Source: Microgenomates group bacterium Gr01-1014_16
GTDB lineage: Bacteria; Patescibacteriota; Microgenomatia; CAZETR01; Amesbacteraceae
DNA: 64,000 nt
Assembly (NCBI GenBank): GCA_007376345.1
Contig: VMGA01000002.1
Span: forward strand, 8,309 to 72,308
Direction of reading: 5' to 3'
In this document: positions 50,310-59,864 of the stretch, one piece after another
Layout of the letters: each line of letters starts with the position of its first letter
Numbering within the stretch: position 1 is the first letter of the stretch
Notes under the pieces: generated by a model
The model's input: the letters and a program-made list of their open reading frames with translations, nothing else
Databases searched by the model: none
What the model was told of the DNA's origin: nothing
Made by a program: the position numbers and the translations under genes

Positions 50310-50914
50310 AAAAACTCATCTATTCATTATTCCCCCTATACAGGTTTTTTTACCATCACCTTTCCATGGCCAAAATTAATGTGTACATGATGATTTTGGG
50401 GATGAAGATCAGATACCTTGGTCATCACTGTAGAATATATTTTGCCAATATGACCGAGCCCTACAATGTCTCAATCGGCCACCATGTCCATATAAACAAA
50501 AACTGCGAAATTATTACCACCGGCAGCCCTGTCGAAATCGGAAATTATGTCATGATTGGTCCAGGCGTCACTCTTGTGGCCCAAAACCACGACGTTTCAG
50601 ACTGGTCGATGCCCATGATTTTTAGCAATAAATACATTCGGGGAAAGGTTAAAATTGCTGATGACGTTTGGATAGGCGCTAATGCCACCGTCCTCTCCGG
50701 AGTCACGGTCAACAGGGGCGCAGTCATCGCGGCGGGAGCCGTCGTTACCAAAGATGTGGAGGCTTTTTCAATAGTCGGCGGCGTCCCAGCCCAAAAAATA
50801 AAAAGTCGTTTCCCTGTAGAAGTTATCAAAAAAGCTCATAAGGTAAACTTTAATAGTTTTGAAAACGCCGATATGAACTGGCGTAAATGGGGAGTGGGCA
50901 ATTATGCAAATTAA
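50306..50914 (+). CDS. Hexapeptide-repeat O-acetyltransferase
   Basis: DVWIGANATV.GV..GAVIAAGAVVTKDV...GGVPA. Confidence 0.9.
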   Translation: MKKLIYSLFPLYRFFYHHLSMAKINVYMMILGMKIRYLGHHCRIYFANMTEPYNVSIGHHVHINKNCEIITTGSPVEIGNYVMIGPGVTLVAQNHDVSDWSMPMIFSNKYIRGKVKIADDVWIGANATVLSGVTVNRGAVIAAGAVVTKDVEAFSIVGGVPAQKIKSRFPVEVIKKAHKVNFNSFENADMNWRKWGVGNYAN

Positions 50915-50926
50915 AAAAAATCAATT

Positions 50927-52456
50927 ATGAAGTATTTTCTATTGATCTTTTCTTTCATCATTCTCACGTTAAGCATCGCTGGGAGATGGGGGAATCCCTC
51001 CATTTCTATGCTAAACGATTCCGCCTCTCCATATACCAATGTCTTCGAGAACTCCTCACCACGGGCCAGATTTGCCCTAATCTATTCAATTCTTGAAAAC
51101 CGCTCTTTAGTATTTTCTTTACCTTTGGCCAAGTTCTCACTGCCTGACTTGGCAGTTCATGATGGTAATTATGTCTCTTTGTTTGCTCCGGGGACATCTT
51201 TTCTAGCACTACCGGGTTATGTAATAGGTAAAACCTTAGGGGCCTCACAGCTTGGTACTTACTCCATAGTCTCGATTTTTGCCATCCTCAATGTTTTTCT
51301 CATTTACCTTTTTCTACGAAATTTAGAGGTCAGCCCTTTAGCTTCTGCCTTAGCCGGTCTAATATTTCTTTTTGGCTCACCAGCATTTGCCTACTCTGTC
51401 ACTCTCTACCAACACCACTTTTCTACTTTTCTCCTCCTTGCAGCCTTACTCCTGGTCCAGCGCAAAACAAACTTTTTATCCTTATCTGTTGTTTGGTTTT
51501 TATCCTCTCTTTCCATTCTCATAGATTATCCCAATCTTTTTCTTATGGCTCCGGTAGCTTTATTTGCCCTGACTCGTTTGATAGACGTAAGCCATCTTAA
51601 AAGCCGATTAAAAATAAGCCTTCGCCCCTGGCATCTATTAACTTTTGTTGCAGTCATCCCTCCGCTTTTGGCGTTTCTGTGGTATAACAACTCAGCCAAT
51701 GGTGGCCTGTTTCGTCTCTCCGGCTCTTTGCGCCGCGTTGAAGCTATTGACCTCTCGGGTCAGCCCACTACCCCACGCCTTCTTGAACAGGGTCAAATTG
51801 AAAATTTTATCCAGTCTAACCCTGACAAAAAGAACACCGTAAATTTCTTCCGTACCCGCCGCCTCCTTGGTGGCTTTTACACTCATTTTATGAGTCTAGA
51901 CCGAGGTTTGATATTTTTTTCTCCAGTATTAGTTTTGTCAATTATTGGGGTCGGGATTCTAAATCAAAAAAGAAACCAACTATTAAACGTTCTTCTAGGA
52001 GTGTTGGGCGCCAATGTCATCATCTATTCCCTTTGGGGTGATCCCTGGGGGGGGTGGGCATTCGGTTCTCGGTACCTCATACCCAGCTACTCTATCCTGG
52101 CCATATTTTTGGGTATTGGTCTAGGACATTTTCATCGCCGTCTTTTAGTAATTTTACCGTTCCTGGTTCTTTCAGTCTACTCAATTGCTGTTAATACTCT
52201 TGGAGCTATAACGACAACCAACAATCCACCTCAAGTGGAAGTTCTGGCACTTGAAAAGGTCACTGGACGAGAGGAAAAGTACACCTGGGAACGAAATTGG
52301 GATTTTCTGATAACCAACGGCTCCAAGTCATTTGTCTTTCAAACTTATGCCAAAAATTATTTGACTGCCCCGCAATACTTTTACATTATCTCATGGGCGA
52401 TTGTCTCCGCGGTAATTTTACTTACCTATCGGCTTTACAGTTATGATAGTCCTTGA
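50927..52456 (+). CDS. Polytopic membrane protein, GT-C-like
   Basis: Many TM helices, WGGWAFGSRYLIP. Confidence 0.65.
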   Translation: MKYFLLIFSFIILTLSIAGRWGNPSISMLNDSASPYTNVFENSSPRARFALIYSILENRSLVFSLPLAKFSLPDLAVHDGNYVSLFAPGTSFLALPGYVIGKTLGASQLGTYSIVSIFAILNVFLIYLFLRNLEVSPLASALAGLIFLFGSPAFAYSVTLYQHHFSTFLLLAALLLVQRKTNFLSLSVVWFLSSLSILIDYPNLFLMAPVALFALTRLIDVSHLKSRLKISLRPWHLLTFVAVIPPLLAFLWYNNSANGGLFRLSGSLRRVEAIDLSGQPTTPRLLEQGQIENFIQSNPDKKNTVNFFRTRRLLGGFYTHFMSLDRGLIFFSPVLVLSIIGVGILNQKRNQLLNVLLGVLGANVIIYSLWGDPWGGWAFGSRYLIPSYSILAIFLGIGLGHFHRRLLVILPFLVLSVYSIAVNTLGAITTTNNPPQVEVLALEKVTGREEKYTWERNWDFLITNGSKSFVFQTYAKNYLTAPQYFYIISWAIVSAVILLTYRLYSYDSP

Positions 52457-54041
52457 TATCCCCATTACTCCCATTCGAAATTTTTTCAACAAGTACGTTT
52501 TTTGGTTGATCACCATAACTCTGACGATTTTCTCGATCTTTTATTTTCTCAATTATTATTTCAACGGTCTGGGTCTGGCCTATAACGACGCCCGGTCGCA
52601 CCTCGATATTGGCAGAAGGGTTGTTGAGAGTCTCAAACCGGGACTGGCCCAACTGGGTTCCGTCTGGTTGCCCCTCACCCACTTGCTCATGGTTCCTACC
52701 GTTTGGAATGACTTTATGTGGCATTCCGGTCTGGCCGGAGCCATCCAGTCTATGGCCGGCTTTGTCGCCGCCGGCCTCCTCATTTATAAAATTCTGGAAA
52801 AACTAAGAGTTGGAACTCTTGGTCGTCTGGTTGGAGTTGCTGTCTTTGTCGCCAACCTCAACGTTTTGTATTTGCAATCTACGGCCATGACCGAACTGCC
52901 GCTTTTGGCCACTATGACCGCCGGCTGTTATTACCTCATCAAATGGCACCAAACCGACAATATTTTAGACGTCATCAAATCCGCCTTCTGGATCATGCTC
53001 TCTTCACTCATCCGTTACGACGGCTGGTTTTTATTTTTAGCCGCCGCCGGTTTGATTTTTGTCCGCCAGCTAAAGAAAAATGGCTACAAAACTGCCGAAG
53101 GCGCCATGATCCTATTCGCCACCCTGGCCGGCTTCGGCATCGCCCTCTGGTTTCTCTGGAACCAGTTAATTTTCAAAGATGCTCTCTACTTTGCCCTTGG
53201 TCCCTTTTCCGCCCGCGCCCAGCAGATCCAGTTAAGCAACGCCGGCAACCTGCCCAGCAAGTACAACCTCTTCCTGTCCACTAAAATTTATCTGTACGCC
53301 CTGTTTTACAACTCCTATACCCTGCCTGTCTTTTTGGCCCTGGCCGGCTTGGCTGTTCTCCTCTGGGACCGCCGCTTGCACTTTGACCTGCGTCTCTCTA
53401 CTTTGTCACTGCTCACGCCGCTTGTTTTCAACATTATTGCCATGTTTTTTGGTTTCTCCGTACTTTTTGTCCAGGGCATTTCCGGAGACACCTGGTTCAA
53501 CATCCGCTACGGCATCATGCTTGCCCCCGCGGTAGCGGTTTTTATAGGTATATTGATCGACCGGGTCAAATCCTTGCGTCCGGTGATTATCGGCCTTTTA
53601 GCCTTCGTTTTATTCTTCGCTTTTGCCAACCAGGACGCGGTCACAATTGACGACGCCCGTGTGGGATCCAGCCAGAAAAACGTTTCCGAAGTCGCTTCAT
53701 ATCTGGCCAAAAACGCCGCAGACCAGCCCGGCTTTATTCTCATCTCCGTCGCCTCTCATGACGCCATTATTTTCTCATCCGGTCTGCCCATATCCCGCTT
53801 TATCCACGAAGGCACCGGCGCCTACTGGACAGCGGCTACAACCGCTCCCGACCGCTGGGCCCGCTGGATCATCATGCGTACATATGACGACAACGATTTA
53901 GCCTGGAAATTCGTCTCCAAATCACCGGGCTTCAGGTTCTATTCTCTAGTGAATCATTATCCCTTTGCGGACGTCTACGAAATAGATCCGTCTCTGGTCG
54001 GCCAACTCCACACCGAACCGGTTTTCAAGAACCAGAAGTAA
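52443..54041 (+). CDS. Polytopic GT-C (ArnT/PMT-like) glycosyltransferase
   Basis: DARSHLDIGRR, WLPL.H, MTE, RYDGW, NIRY. Confidence 0.7.
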   Translation: MIVLDIPITPIRNFFNKYVFWLITITLTIFSIFYFLNYYFNGLGLAYNDARSHLDIGRRVVESLKPGLAQLGSVWLPLTHLLMVPTVWNDFMWHSGLAGAIQSMAGFVAAGLLIYKILEKLRVGTLGRLVGVAVFVANLNVLYLQSTAMTELPLLATMTAGCYYLIKWHQTDNILDVIKSAFWIMLSSLIRYDGWFLFLAAAGLIFVRQLKKNGYKTAEGAMILFATLAGFGIALWFLWNQLIFKDALYFALGPFSARAQQIQLSNAGNLPSKYNLFLSTKIYLYALFYNSYTLPVFLALAGLAVLLWDRRLHFDLRLSTLSLLTPLVFNIIAMFFGFSVLFVQGISGDTWFNIRYGIMLAPAVAVFIGILIDRVKSLRPVIIGLLAFVLFFAFANQDAVTIDDARVGSSQKNVSEVASYLAKNAADQPGFILISVASHDAIIFSSGLPISRFIHEGTGAYWTAATTAPDRWARWIIMRTYDDNDLAWKFVSKSPGFRFYSLVNHYPFADVYEIDPSLVGQLHTEPVFKNQK

Positions 54042-54063
54042 CTGACCGTGGTATACTCAACTC

Positions 54064-54447
54064 ATGAAAGACGAAGCTAAAATCTGGTTGGAGCAAGCAG
54101 AAGACAGTCTAAAAGATGCCGAATATCTTTATACAGGATCCCGCTACTCAATGGCCGTTTACTGCTGCCATCAGGCCCTCGAAAAAATCCTTAAAGCTTG
54201 CATAATCCAGTTTGCTAACCAGCTTCCTCCAAAATCGCACAATCTCGACGCTCTTGCCCGTCAAACCACGCTTGAGTTTCCTGATAGCTGGCTGGAAGAC
54301 CTAGCCGAAATCACTCACCATTTTTGGCGCGTCCGTTATCCGGACTTCCAGAAATTTGTTTACACCTCCAAAGAATCAGTCAAGCCTACCTACGATAAAA
54401 CTAAAGAGGTTTTTATATGGATAAAACAACACTTACCACAGATATAA
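54064..54447 (+). CDS. HEPN-domain protein
   Basis: W...AE..L..A, HQALEK.LKA, HNL, RYPD. Confidence 0.9.
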   Translation: MKDEAKIWLEQAEDSLKDAEYLYTGSRYSMAVYCCHQALEKILKACIIQFANQLPPKSHNLDALARQTTLEFPDSWLEDLAEITHHFWRVRYPDFQKFVYTSKESVKPTYDKTKEVFIWIKQHLPQI

Positions 54448-54749
54448 AAAAATACTTGGACAAGCTGGGAAAATTTGTTTCTATTGACGAGGCTATTATG
54501 TTCGGTTCTTCGTCAACTGGTACGGCTGGAGGTGACAGCGATATTGACCTACTGATCCTTTCCCGTGATTTTTCCAAATATGACCCGGATACAAGACTTA
54601 AAATTATCTACCGGGCCAGTGTGGGATTTCCTTACGACCTACACGCCTACGGCGTAACTCCGGAGGAATATGCTTCCGCTTCTTCTCTCACAACTTTGGG
54701 GGCCATTAGATCCACAAATCCTACACCCGTCTTCAAAAACCAGAAGTAG
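54417..54749 (+). CDS. Minimal nucleotidyltransferase (MNT)
   Basis: FGS..G.....SDIDL. Confidence 0.88.
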   Translation: MDKTTLTTDIKKYLDKLGKFVSIDEAIMFGSSSTGTAGGDSDIDLLILSRDFSKYDPDTRLKIIYRASVGFPYDLHAYGVTPEEYASASSLTTLGAIRSTNPTPVFKNQK

Positions 54750-54758
54750 GTGGAATTC

Positions 54759-56012
54759 ATGAAAAAATTTCTTTCGTCACTGATAATTCTATTTCTTGTT
54801 TCTGTTACTGTTACTGTGCCCGCCGAAGCCGCAGGCGAAGGCCGGGCTGTTTGGTGGCAGTTCCAATCCATCGACACTATGAAATATTCCCGGGACATAG
54901 CCCGTGAAAAACTCAAGGATTCCTCTTTTGACACCTCTATTGATTTGCAGGTCAAAAACATCGCCGCCACCGGCGCCACTCATGTAGCCATTGCCACTCC
55001 ATATGACGAAGAATTTATTCCTTTTTTGACCCGCTGGGTAAACGCCGCCCGCAAACACAAGCTCAACATCTGGTTCCGCGGTAATTTTTCCGGTTGGGAA
55101 AACTGGTTTGACTATCCGGAAATTTCTCGGGAAGAGCATCTGGCCAAAACCAAAACCTTTATTACCAAAAATGCCGGATTATTTCAAAACGGCGACGTTT
55201 TCACAGCCTGCCCGGAGTGTGAAAATGGCGGACCGGGCGATCCCCGCCAGACAGGAGATGTAGAAGGTCATCGTCAATTTCTTATAGACGAATTTGTGAC
55301 CACCCAGCAGCTTTTTCGTAACATGGGGAAAAATGTCCGGTCTAATTATTTCTCTATGAACGGCGACATGGCCAAAGCCATCATGGACAAAGAAACTACC
55401 ACTGCCCTCGGCGGTATCGTGACTATCGATCATTACGTCGCTTCACCCCAAAAATTGGTCAAAGATATCCAAAATCTTGCCCATCAGTCCGGAGGTAAAA
55501 TAATACTAGGTGAATTCGGTGCCCCGATTCCGGATATTCACGGCTCAATGTCCCAGGACCAGCAGGCTAAATGGCTGAATGACGCTTTCAAGCTTTTAGT
55601 TTCCACTCCGGAATTAGTCGGCATTAATTATTGGACCAACGTCGGCGGGTCCACCCAGCTCTGGACAGAAAACTATGAGCCCAAAAAAGCCGTTGATGTC
55701 GTTACTTTCTATTTCTTTCCCAAAACCGCCCGAGGCATCGTGAATGACGTTTTCGGTTCCACCATAAAAAACGCACAAGTTTCTTCATCACATAAGACTG
55801 TTTATGCCAACTCAGCCGGAAATTTTCAACTACCATATATTGACTCCTCCGATCCTCTTTCCGTGTCTGCCAAGAATTATATCTCCAAAGAATACAATAA
55901 TTACTCAAGTGATAAAAACATCGAAGTTTACTTATCTCCTATCCGAAAAGGAATACTTTTTAGACTCAAACTCTTGACTTATAGGCTTCTTGGTCGTAAA
56001 ATACATGGTTAG
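54759..56012 (+). CDS. Secreted glycoside-hydrolase-like protein (clan GH-A candidate)
   Basis: Signal peptide, PECE and IILGEFG glutamates, YW, C-terminal carboxypeptidase-regulatory-like domain. Confidence 0.55.
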   Translation: MKKFLSSLIILFLVSVTVTVPAEAAGEGRAVWWQFQSIDTMKYSRDIAREKLKDSSFDTSIDLQVKNIAATGATHVAIATPYDEEFIPFLTRWVNAARKHKLNIWFRGNFSGWENWFDYPEISREEHLAKTKTFITKNAGLFQNGDVFTACPECENGGPGDPRQTGDVEGHRQFLIDEFVTTQQLFRNMGKNVRSNYFSMNGDMAKAIMDKETTTALGGIVTIDHYVASPQKLVKDIQNLAHQSGGKIILGEFGAPIPDIHGSMSQDQQAKWLNDAFKLLVSTPELVGINYWTNVGGSTQLWTENYEPKKAVDVVTFYFFPKTARGIVNDVFGSTIKNAQVSSSHKTVYANSAGNFQLPYIDSSDPLSVSAKNYISKEYNNYSSDKNIEVYLSPIRKGILFRLKLLTYRLLGRKIHG

Positions 56013-56514
56013 TGAAGCTAAAACTTCTGTTAGCTTCTGCCCTTTTCTTTGTCGCTTCGGCGACTTCTGCTGTACTTCCCCTTCCGGATCCGTCAAAGTC
56101 AGCTACGATTCCGGCATTCATGGCGTTCCCGGCGACTTGGGTGAGTACATCGGCAGTGATATCGTCTACACCGTCTCCGATACCACCCTAGTTCAGTGCT
56201 TTTGTGCCGTTTCGGGTTCCGGTATCCAAACCAACTGGTGGAGGGACAACAGCCTTTCCCAATCTCAAATCGACCAACTAGTTAGTGACGGCTGGATCTA
56301 TATTCCCGATGGTTCTGCCTGGGGCCTGGATTCTGTTCCCTATCTGGCCAAAAACAGTAGCTATAATTGTGACGGTCCGGCAGCTGCCGGGGGCGGACAG
56401 GTGCTTGGTTTAGCTACAACCGGTAATTCAACTCTTCTCTACACCATGCTTGCCCTCGGCGGATTAACTCTTATTCTGGCCATTCTCTCCCGCCGCCGGA
56501 ATCAACGTGCTTAA
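56012..56514 (+). CDS. Sortase substrate candidate (5' frame break)
   Basis: C-terminal LATTG, TM helix and RRRNQR; signal peptide MKLKLLLASALFFVASATSA is in another frame. Confidence 0.7.
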
Positions 56515-56959
56515 ACTCCTCTCATTATTCTTCTTTGCTTGTTCGGCCTTTCTTATCTGGCAGCGTAATGTCCCATTACCCCCAGCGCCAGTTCCAACTT
56601 CACTTTCTCAACCTGTTTCACTCTCTTTACCGGAGCTGGGCATTTCTCTTCCGGTTCTGACAGAACCCCTTACACCCAAAGGCGTCACCTACGAACCTCA
56701 CGGTAACAACCTCGTCTTCTACGGCCACAACTGGCCAAATATTTTAAAGCCCTTTCAAAAAGCCCGGGTCGGCCAAACAATCATCATTGGCTACGCCGAC
56801 GGGTCGTCTAAACACTTCGAAATCAAAACTCTCTCCGTCGTCTCCGGCACTGATATTTCTGTCTTACAACCTACAACTTACAACCAACAACTAATTTTAT
56901 ATACCTGCACCGGCTTTCTCGACCGCGACCGCCTCGTCGCCACCGCCACCCCGATTTGA
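56507..56959 (+). CDS. Sortase
   Basis: YGHN, LYTC, downstream Arg (His/Cys/Arg triad). Confidence 0.85.
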   Translation: MLKLLSLFFFACSAFLIWQRNVPLPPAPVPTSLSQPVSLSLPELGISLPVLTEPLTPKGVTYEPHGNNLVFYGHNWPNILKPFQKARVGQTIIIGYADGSSKHFEIKTLSVVSGTDISVLQPTTYNQQLILYTCTGFLDRDRLVATATPI

Positions 56960-56982
56960 CACCGGTGCCATAATTACTTCAC

Positions 56983-57447
56983 ATGAATATTCTGGTTGTC
57001 CTGGCCCTGACCCTGTTTTTGGCTGGCGGCTTTTTTCGCCAAACAAAAGCCATTTCTTCTCCTTCCGTTCCCACATCCACACCCACACCTTTCAGCTCGC
57101 CGGCCTTGCCTGCCGGCAGGCAGGAGCCAACGGCGGAGGCGGCCACCCCCATTCCCACTACTCCAGTTACAGTTACACCCCCGTCAGTTACATCGGATTG
57201 GCAATACCCGGGCGGCAGTCAAATTTCCGCCGGCGTTTACGAAAGTTCTGACCCCTCGGACAAAATAACCGATTGGTACCAGGACAAAATTAAGCAGCTC
57301 GGGTTAAATACCAAGACTTTTGTCCGCACCAAGACCAACGATCGCGTTCTCAACAAATTAGTCGCGGCAGGCATTTCTACAGAGATCAGGGTGGAAATTT
57401 CCAAAAATCCCTCCGACTCTTTAACCCGGATCACAGTCGACTATTGA
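56983..57447 (+). CDS. Secreted hypothetical protein
   Basis: Signal anchor, PT linker, YPG...D...I.DWY. Confidence 0.65.
   Translation: MNILVVLALTLFLAGGFFRQTKAISSPSVPTSTPTPFSSPALPAGRQEPTAEAATPIPTTPVTVTPPSVTSDWQYPGGSQISAGVYESSDPSDKITDWYQDKIKQLGLNTKTFVRTKTNDRVLNKLVAAGISTEIRVEISKNPSDSLTRITVDY
57105..57124. repeat. Palindrome C(T)TGCCTGCCGGCAGGCAGG inside a CDS
   Basis: Near-perfect 20-bp palindrome encoding LPAGRQ. Confidence 0.7.
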
Positions 57448-57472
57448 CAACCCCTGATGCCTTGGATATCAT
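57444..57472 (+). promoter_or_regulatory. Sigma70-type promoter
   Basis: TTGACA-17-TATCAT. Confidence 0.7.
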
Positions 57473-57498
57473 TCGAACAAATATGCTGCCCATCATAA

Positions 57499-58131
57499 AT
57501 GACTACTCGTACCCTCAAACTCACCGAATTTTTTTCCTCTCTCCGTCGGTTGCGCCGGATTCCATTTAAAAAGTATCTTCCCCAATCTATAGTAGTTATT
57601 ACTGTCGCGATAACCCTTGGCCTCGTTGTCAAACTACTTACCCGCCCATCCCGGACCTCGTCTACCTCTTCAGTTCCCGCTTCCGATTCCCGGATTTCCA
57701 TTTTGGGCGCCAGAGCCTCCTCCCAGCTAAACCAAGAATTTTCCTTTCCTCTCAACTCTTCTGCCGGTTCTAAACTCACCGATATTAAATTCATTCTCGA
57801 ATCTGCCGAGCTCCGCGACGAAATCATTGTCAAAGGCAAACGGGCCACGGCTGTCCAAGGTCGGACCTTTCTCATCCTCAATCTCAAAATCTCAAGCGCC
57901 TATTCCCGGGCCTTAAATATCAACACCCAGGATTATTTCCGCCTGACCATGAATGACAAACCCGACCAGCTCTTGGCTCCTGATATTCACAACGATCCGG
58001 TTGTTGTCCAGCCGATTTCAACTAAACTCGCCCGTTTGGGCTTCCCCGTAAACGACACCGACAAAAATCTTACCCTCTGGGTGGGCGAGGTGGCCGGCGA
58101 AAAAACCCAGATCGACCTCAACTTGCAATGA
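57499..58131 (+). CDS. Membrane-anchored protein (DUF4352-like Ig fold)
   Basis: TM helix, FLILNLKI, V.P.ST...LGF.V. Confidence 0.6.
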   Translation: MTTRTLKLTEFFSSLRRLRRIPFKKYLPQSIVVITVAITLGLVVKLLTRPSRTSSTSSVPASDSRISILGARASSQLNQEFSFPLNSSAGSKLTDIKFILESAELRDEIIVKGKRATAVQGRTFLILNLKISSAYSRALNINTQDYFRLTMNDKPDQLLAPDIHNDPVVVQPISTKLARLGFPVNDTDKNLTLWVGEVAGEKTQIDLNLQ

Positions 58132-58322
58132 AAAAAACCTTAACCAACGAGATCCTTGCCTCTCTGGCTTCTGTGCAGGGTTACGGCAGTGTGGAAATTT
58201 TCGTTCACGACAGCAAAGTTACCCAGATTACCGTTAGAAATATCAAAAAAACCAACTCCCCGGTCCCAACTAACGGCCATCGCGTGAAAATGACTCTTGA
58301 CAAACCTATCTCATTATATTAA
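58128..58322 (+). CDS. DUF2292/YezD-family small protein
   Basis: YGSVEIFVHDSKVTQI. Confidence 0.8.
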   Translation: MKKTLTNEILASLASVQGYGSVEIFVHDSKVTQITVRNIKKTNSPVPTNGHRVKMTLDKPISLY

Positions 58323-58370
58323 ACAACTACTCAACTAGTACAAAATAAATCTTTCTCTATTGGCCCTGGA

Positions 58371-58452
58371 GCTGGCCGCAAACGGAGGCTTCTCTGTCCA
58401 AAGCACTTATTAAATTATAGGTGTATTTGGATCGAGGAGCCTCCGCTTTTTT
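58371..58452 (+). terminator. Long terminator hairpin with competing upstream hairpin (attenuator candidate)
   Basis: CGGAGGCTTCTC/GAGGAGCCTCCG stem plus T6; GCTGGCCG-CAAA-CGGAGGC overlaps its 5' arm. Confidence 0.75.
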
Positions 58453-58526
58453 ATAAATTTGGAGGAAGAAGTGCACCCCTAAGCTTAGGGGATATTCCTA
58501 AAAAGAAAGGGGGTGATTATAGATAA

Positions 58527-59798
58527 ATGACTACATTTAGAAAACAAATAGTAGCTGCAGTTTCCGCCTCTGTCATGTTTTTAAGCATGGCCGCCCCGGT
58601 TTTTGCAGAAACTACCATAGTAATTTCCGGCAATGGAGCCAATTCGGATAGCAAAAGTGATGTCCAGTTTACTGGCGACACGACTGTTACCCAAACCAAC
58701 CAGGCTTCCATTTCCAACAACATTGACGCAGACGCTGATACCGGCAAAAACGACGCCAACCAGAATACGGGAGGCTCGGTTTTGGTCAAAACCGGTGACG
58801 CGACAACTGGTGTCAGTGTAGAAAACGTGGTCAACAGCAACCAGGCTTCTGTAGATTGTTGCACCGCTGGCGATACGGATATCGAAATCTCCGGCAACGG
58901 AGCTGATACGAAAAACGATGTCAAGCTCAAAAACGACGCTGACGTCTCTCTGTACCAGACCAACGAGGCTGATATTTACAACCGGGTTGATGCCGACGCC
59001 GATACGGGCAAAAACGATGCCAACCAGAATACGGGTGGCGATGTTGAAGTCAGGACAGGTGACGCCTCTACTTGGGTTGGGGTATCCAATACCGCCAACG
59101 CCAACTGGGCACAAATCGGAGACGGTGGCCAGGGCTCACTTTCCGCAAGGATTTTGGGCAATGGTTTCAATTCGGACAACAAAATAGATTTGGATTTGGA
59201 CAATGACACCACTTTGGTGCAAACCAATTTGGCGGACATCACCAACTACATCTATGCGGACGCTGATACAGGCAAAAACGACGCCAACCAGAATACGGGT
59301 GGCAGCGTTCTAGTCGATACTGGTGATGCCGAAACCGGTGTAGAAGTCGACAATTTGGTCAACTTCAACTGGGCCGATGTTGATTGCGGTGGCTGCGTCT
59401 TGGACCTTTTGGCCAAGGTAGCCGGCAACGGTGCTGATACGAAAAACGAGATCAAGCTCAAGCTTGATAACGATTTGGAAGTTTATCAGACCAACGTATG
59501 CGGTGACGAGGGACGGCCCTGGTTCGAACTTTGGGATTACCAAGGTTATGAAGAGGATTGTTCAACTCGCGTTGACGCAGACGCTGATACCGGCTCTAAC
59601 GACGCCAACCAAAACACTGGCGATCCGGAAGGGGATCCTTCCGTCTTAACCGGCGATTCTGCCTCGTTCGTCGAGGTGAGTAATTCCGGCAACGTCAACT
59701 CTTATGGAGTTGGTGGAGGAGAGTGGCCCGACTTTGATTTTGAGTTCAACCTTTCGTTGAACTTAAATGACTTGTTGAGCTTGCTCGACTTGATCTAA
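58527..59798 (+). CDS. Secreted Asn/Asp/Gly/Thr-rich repeat protein
   Basis: Signal peptide; four repeats containing ADADTG.NDANQNTG..TGD; strong SD GAAAGGGGGTGA. Confidence 0.8.
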   Translation: MTTFRKQIVAAVSASVMFLSMAAPVFAETTIVISGNGANSDSKSDVQFTGDTTVTQTNQASISNNIDADADTGKNDANQNTGGSVLVKTGDATTGVSVENVVNSNQASVDCCTAGDTDIEISGNGADTKNDVKLKNDADVSLYQTNEADIYNRVDADADTGKNDANQNTGGDVEVRTGDASTWVGVSNTANANWAQIGDGGQGSLSARILGNGFNSDNKIDLDLDNDTTLVQTNLADITNYIYADADTGKNDANQNTGGSVLVDTGDAETGVEVDNLVNFNWADVDCGGCVLDLLAKVAGNGADTKNEIKLKLDNDLEVYQTNVCGDEGRPWFELWDYQGYEEDCSTRVDADADTGSNDANQNTGDPEGDPSVLTGDSASFVEVSNSGNVNSYGVGGGEWPDFDFEFNLSLNLNDLLSLLDLI

Positions 59799-59864
59799 GG
59801 CTATATCTTGTGGGGTGGATCCGCTAGCACTTCAGCGGGACACCCTGCAAGTATAGAAAAAAAT

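Noticed and set aside
58340-58500. c-di-GMP or other known riboswitch in the leader
   Set aside because: Could not identify the diagnostic paired stems and tetraloop/receptor by eye; reported only as an attenuator candidate
58700-59620. Repeated GATACNGGCAAAAACGAYGCCAACCAGAATACGGG blocks as a CRISPR array or DGR template
   Set aside because: They are in-frame protein repeats about 260 nt or more apart with synonymous variation; no cas or reverse transcriptase gene seen
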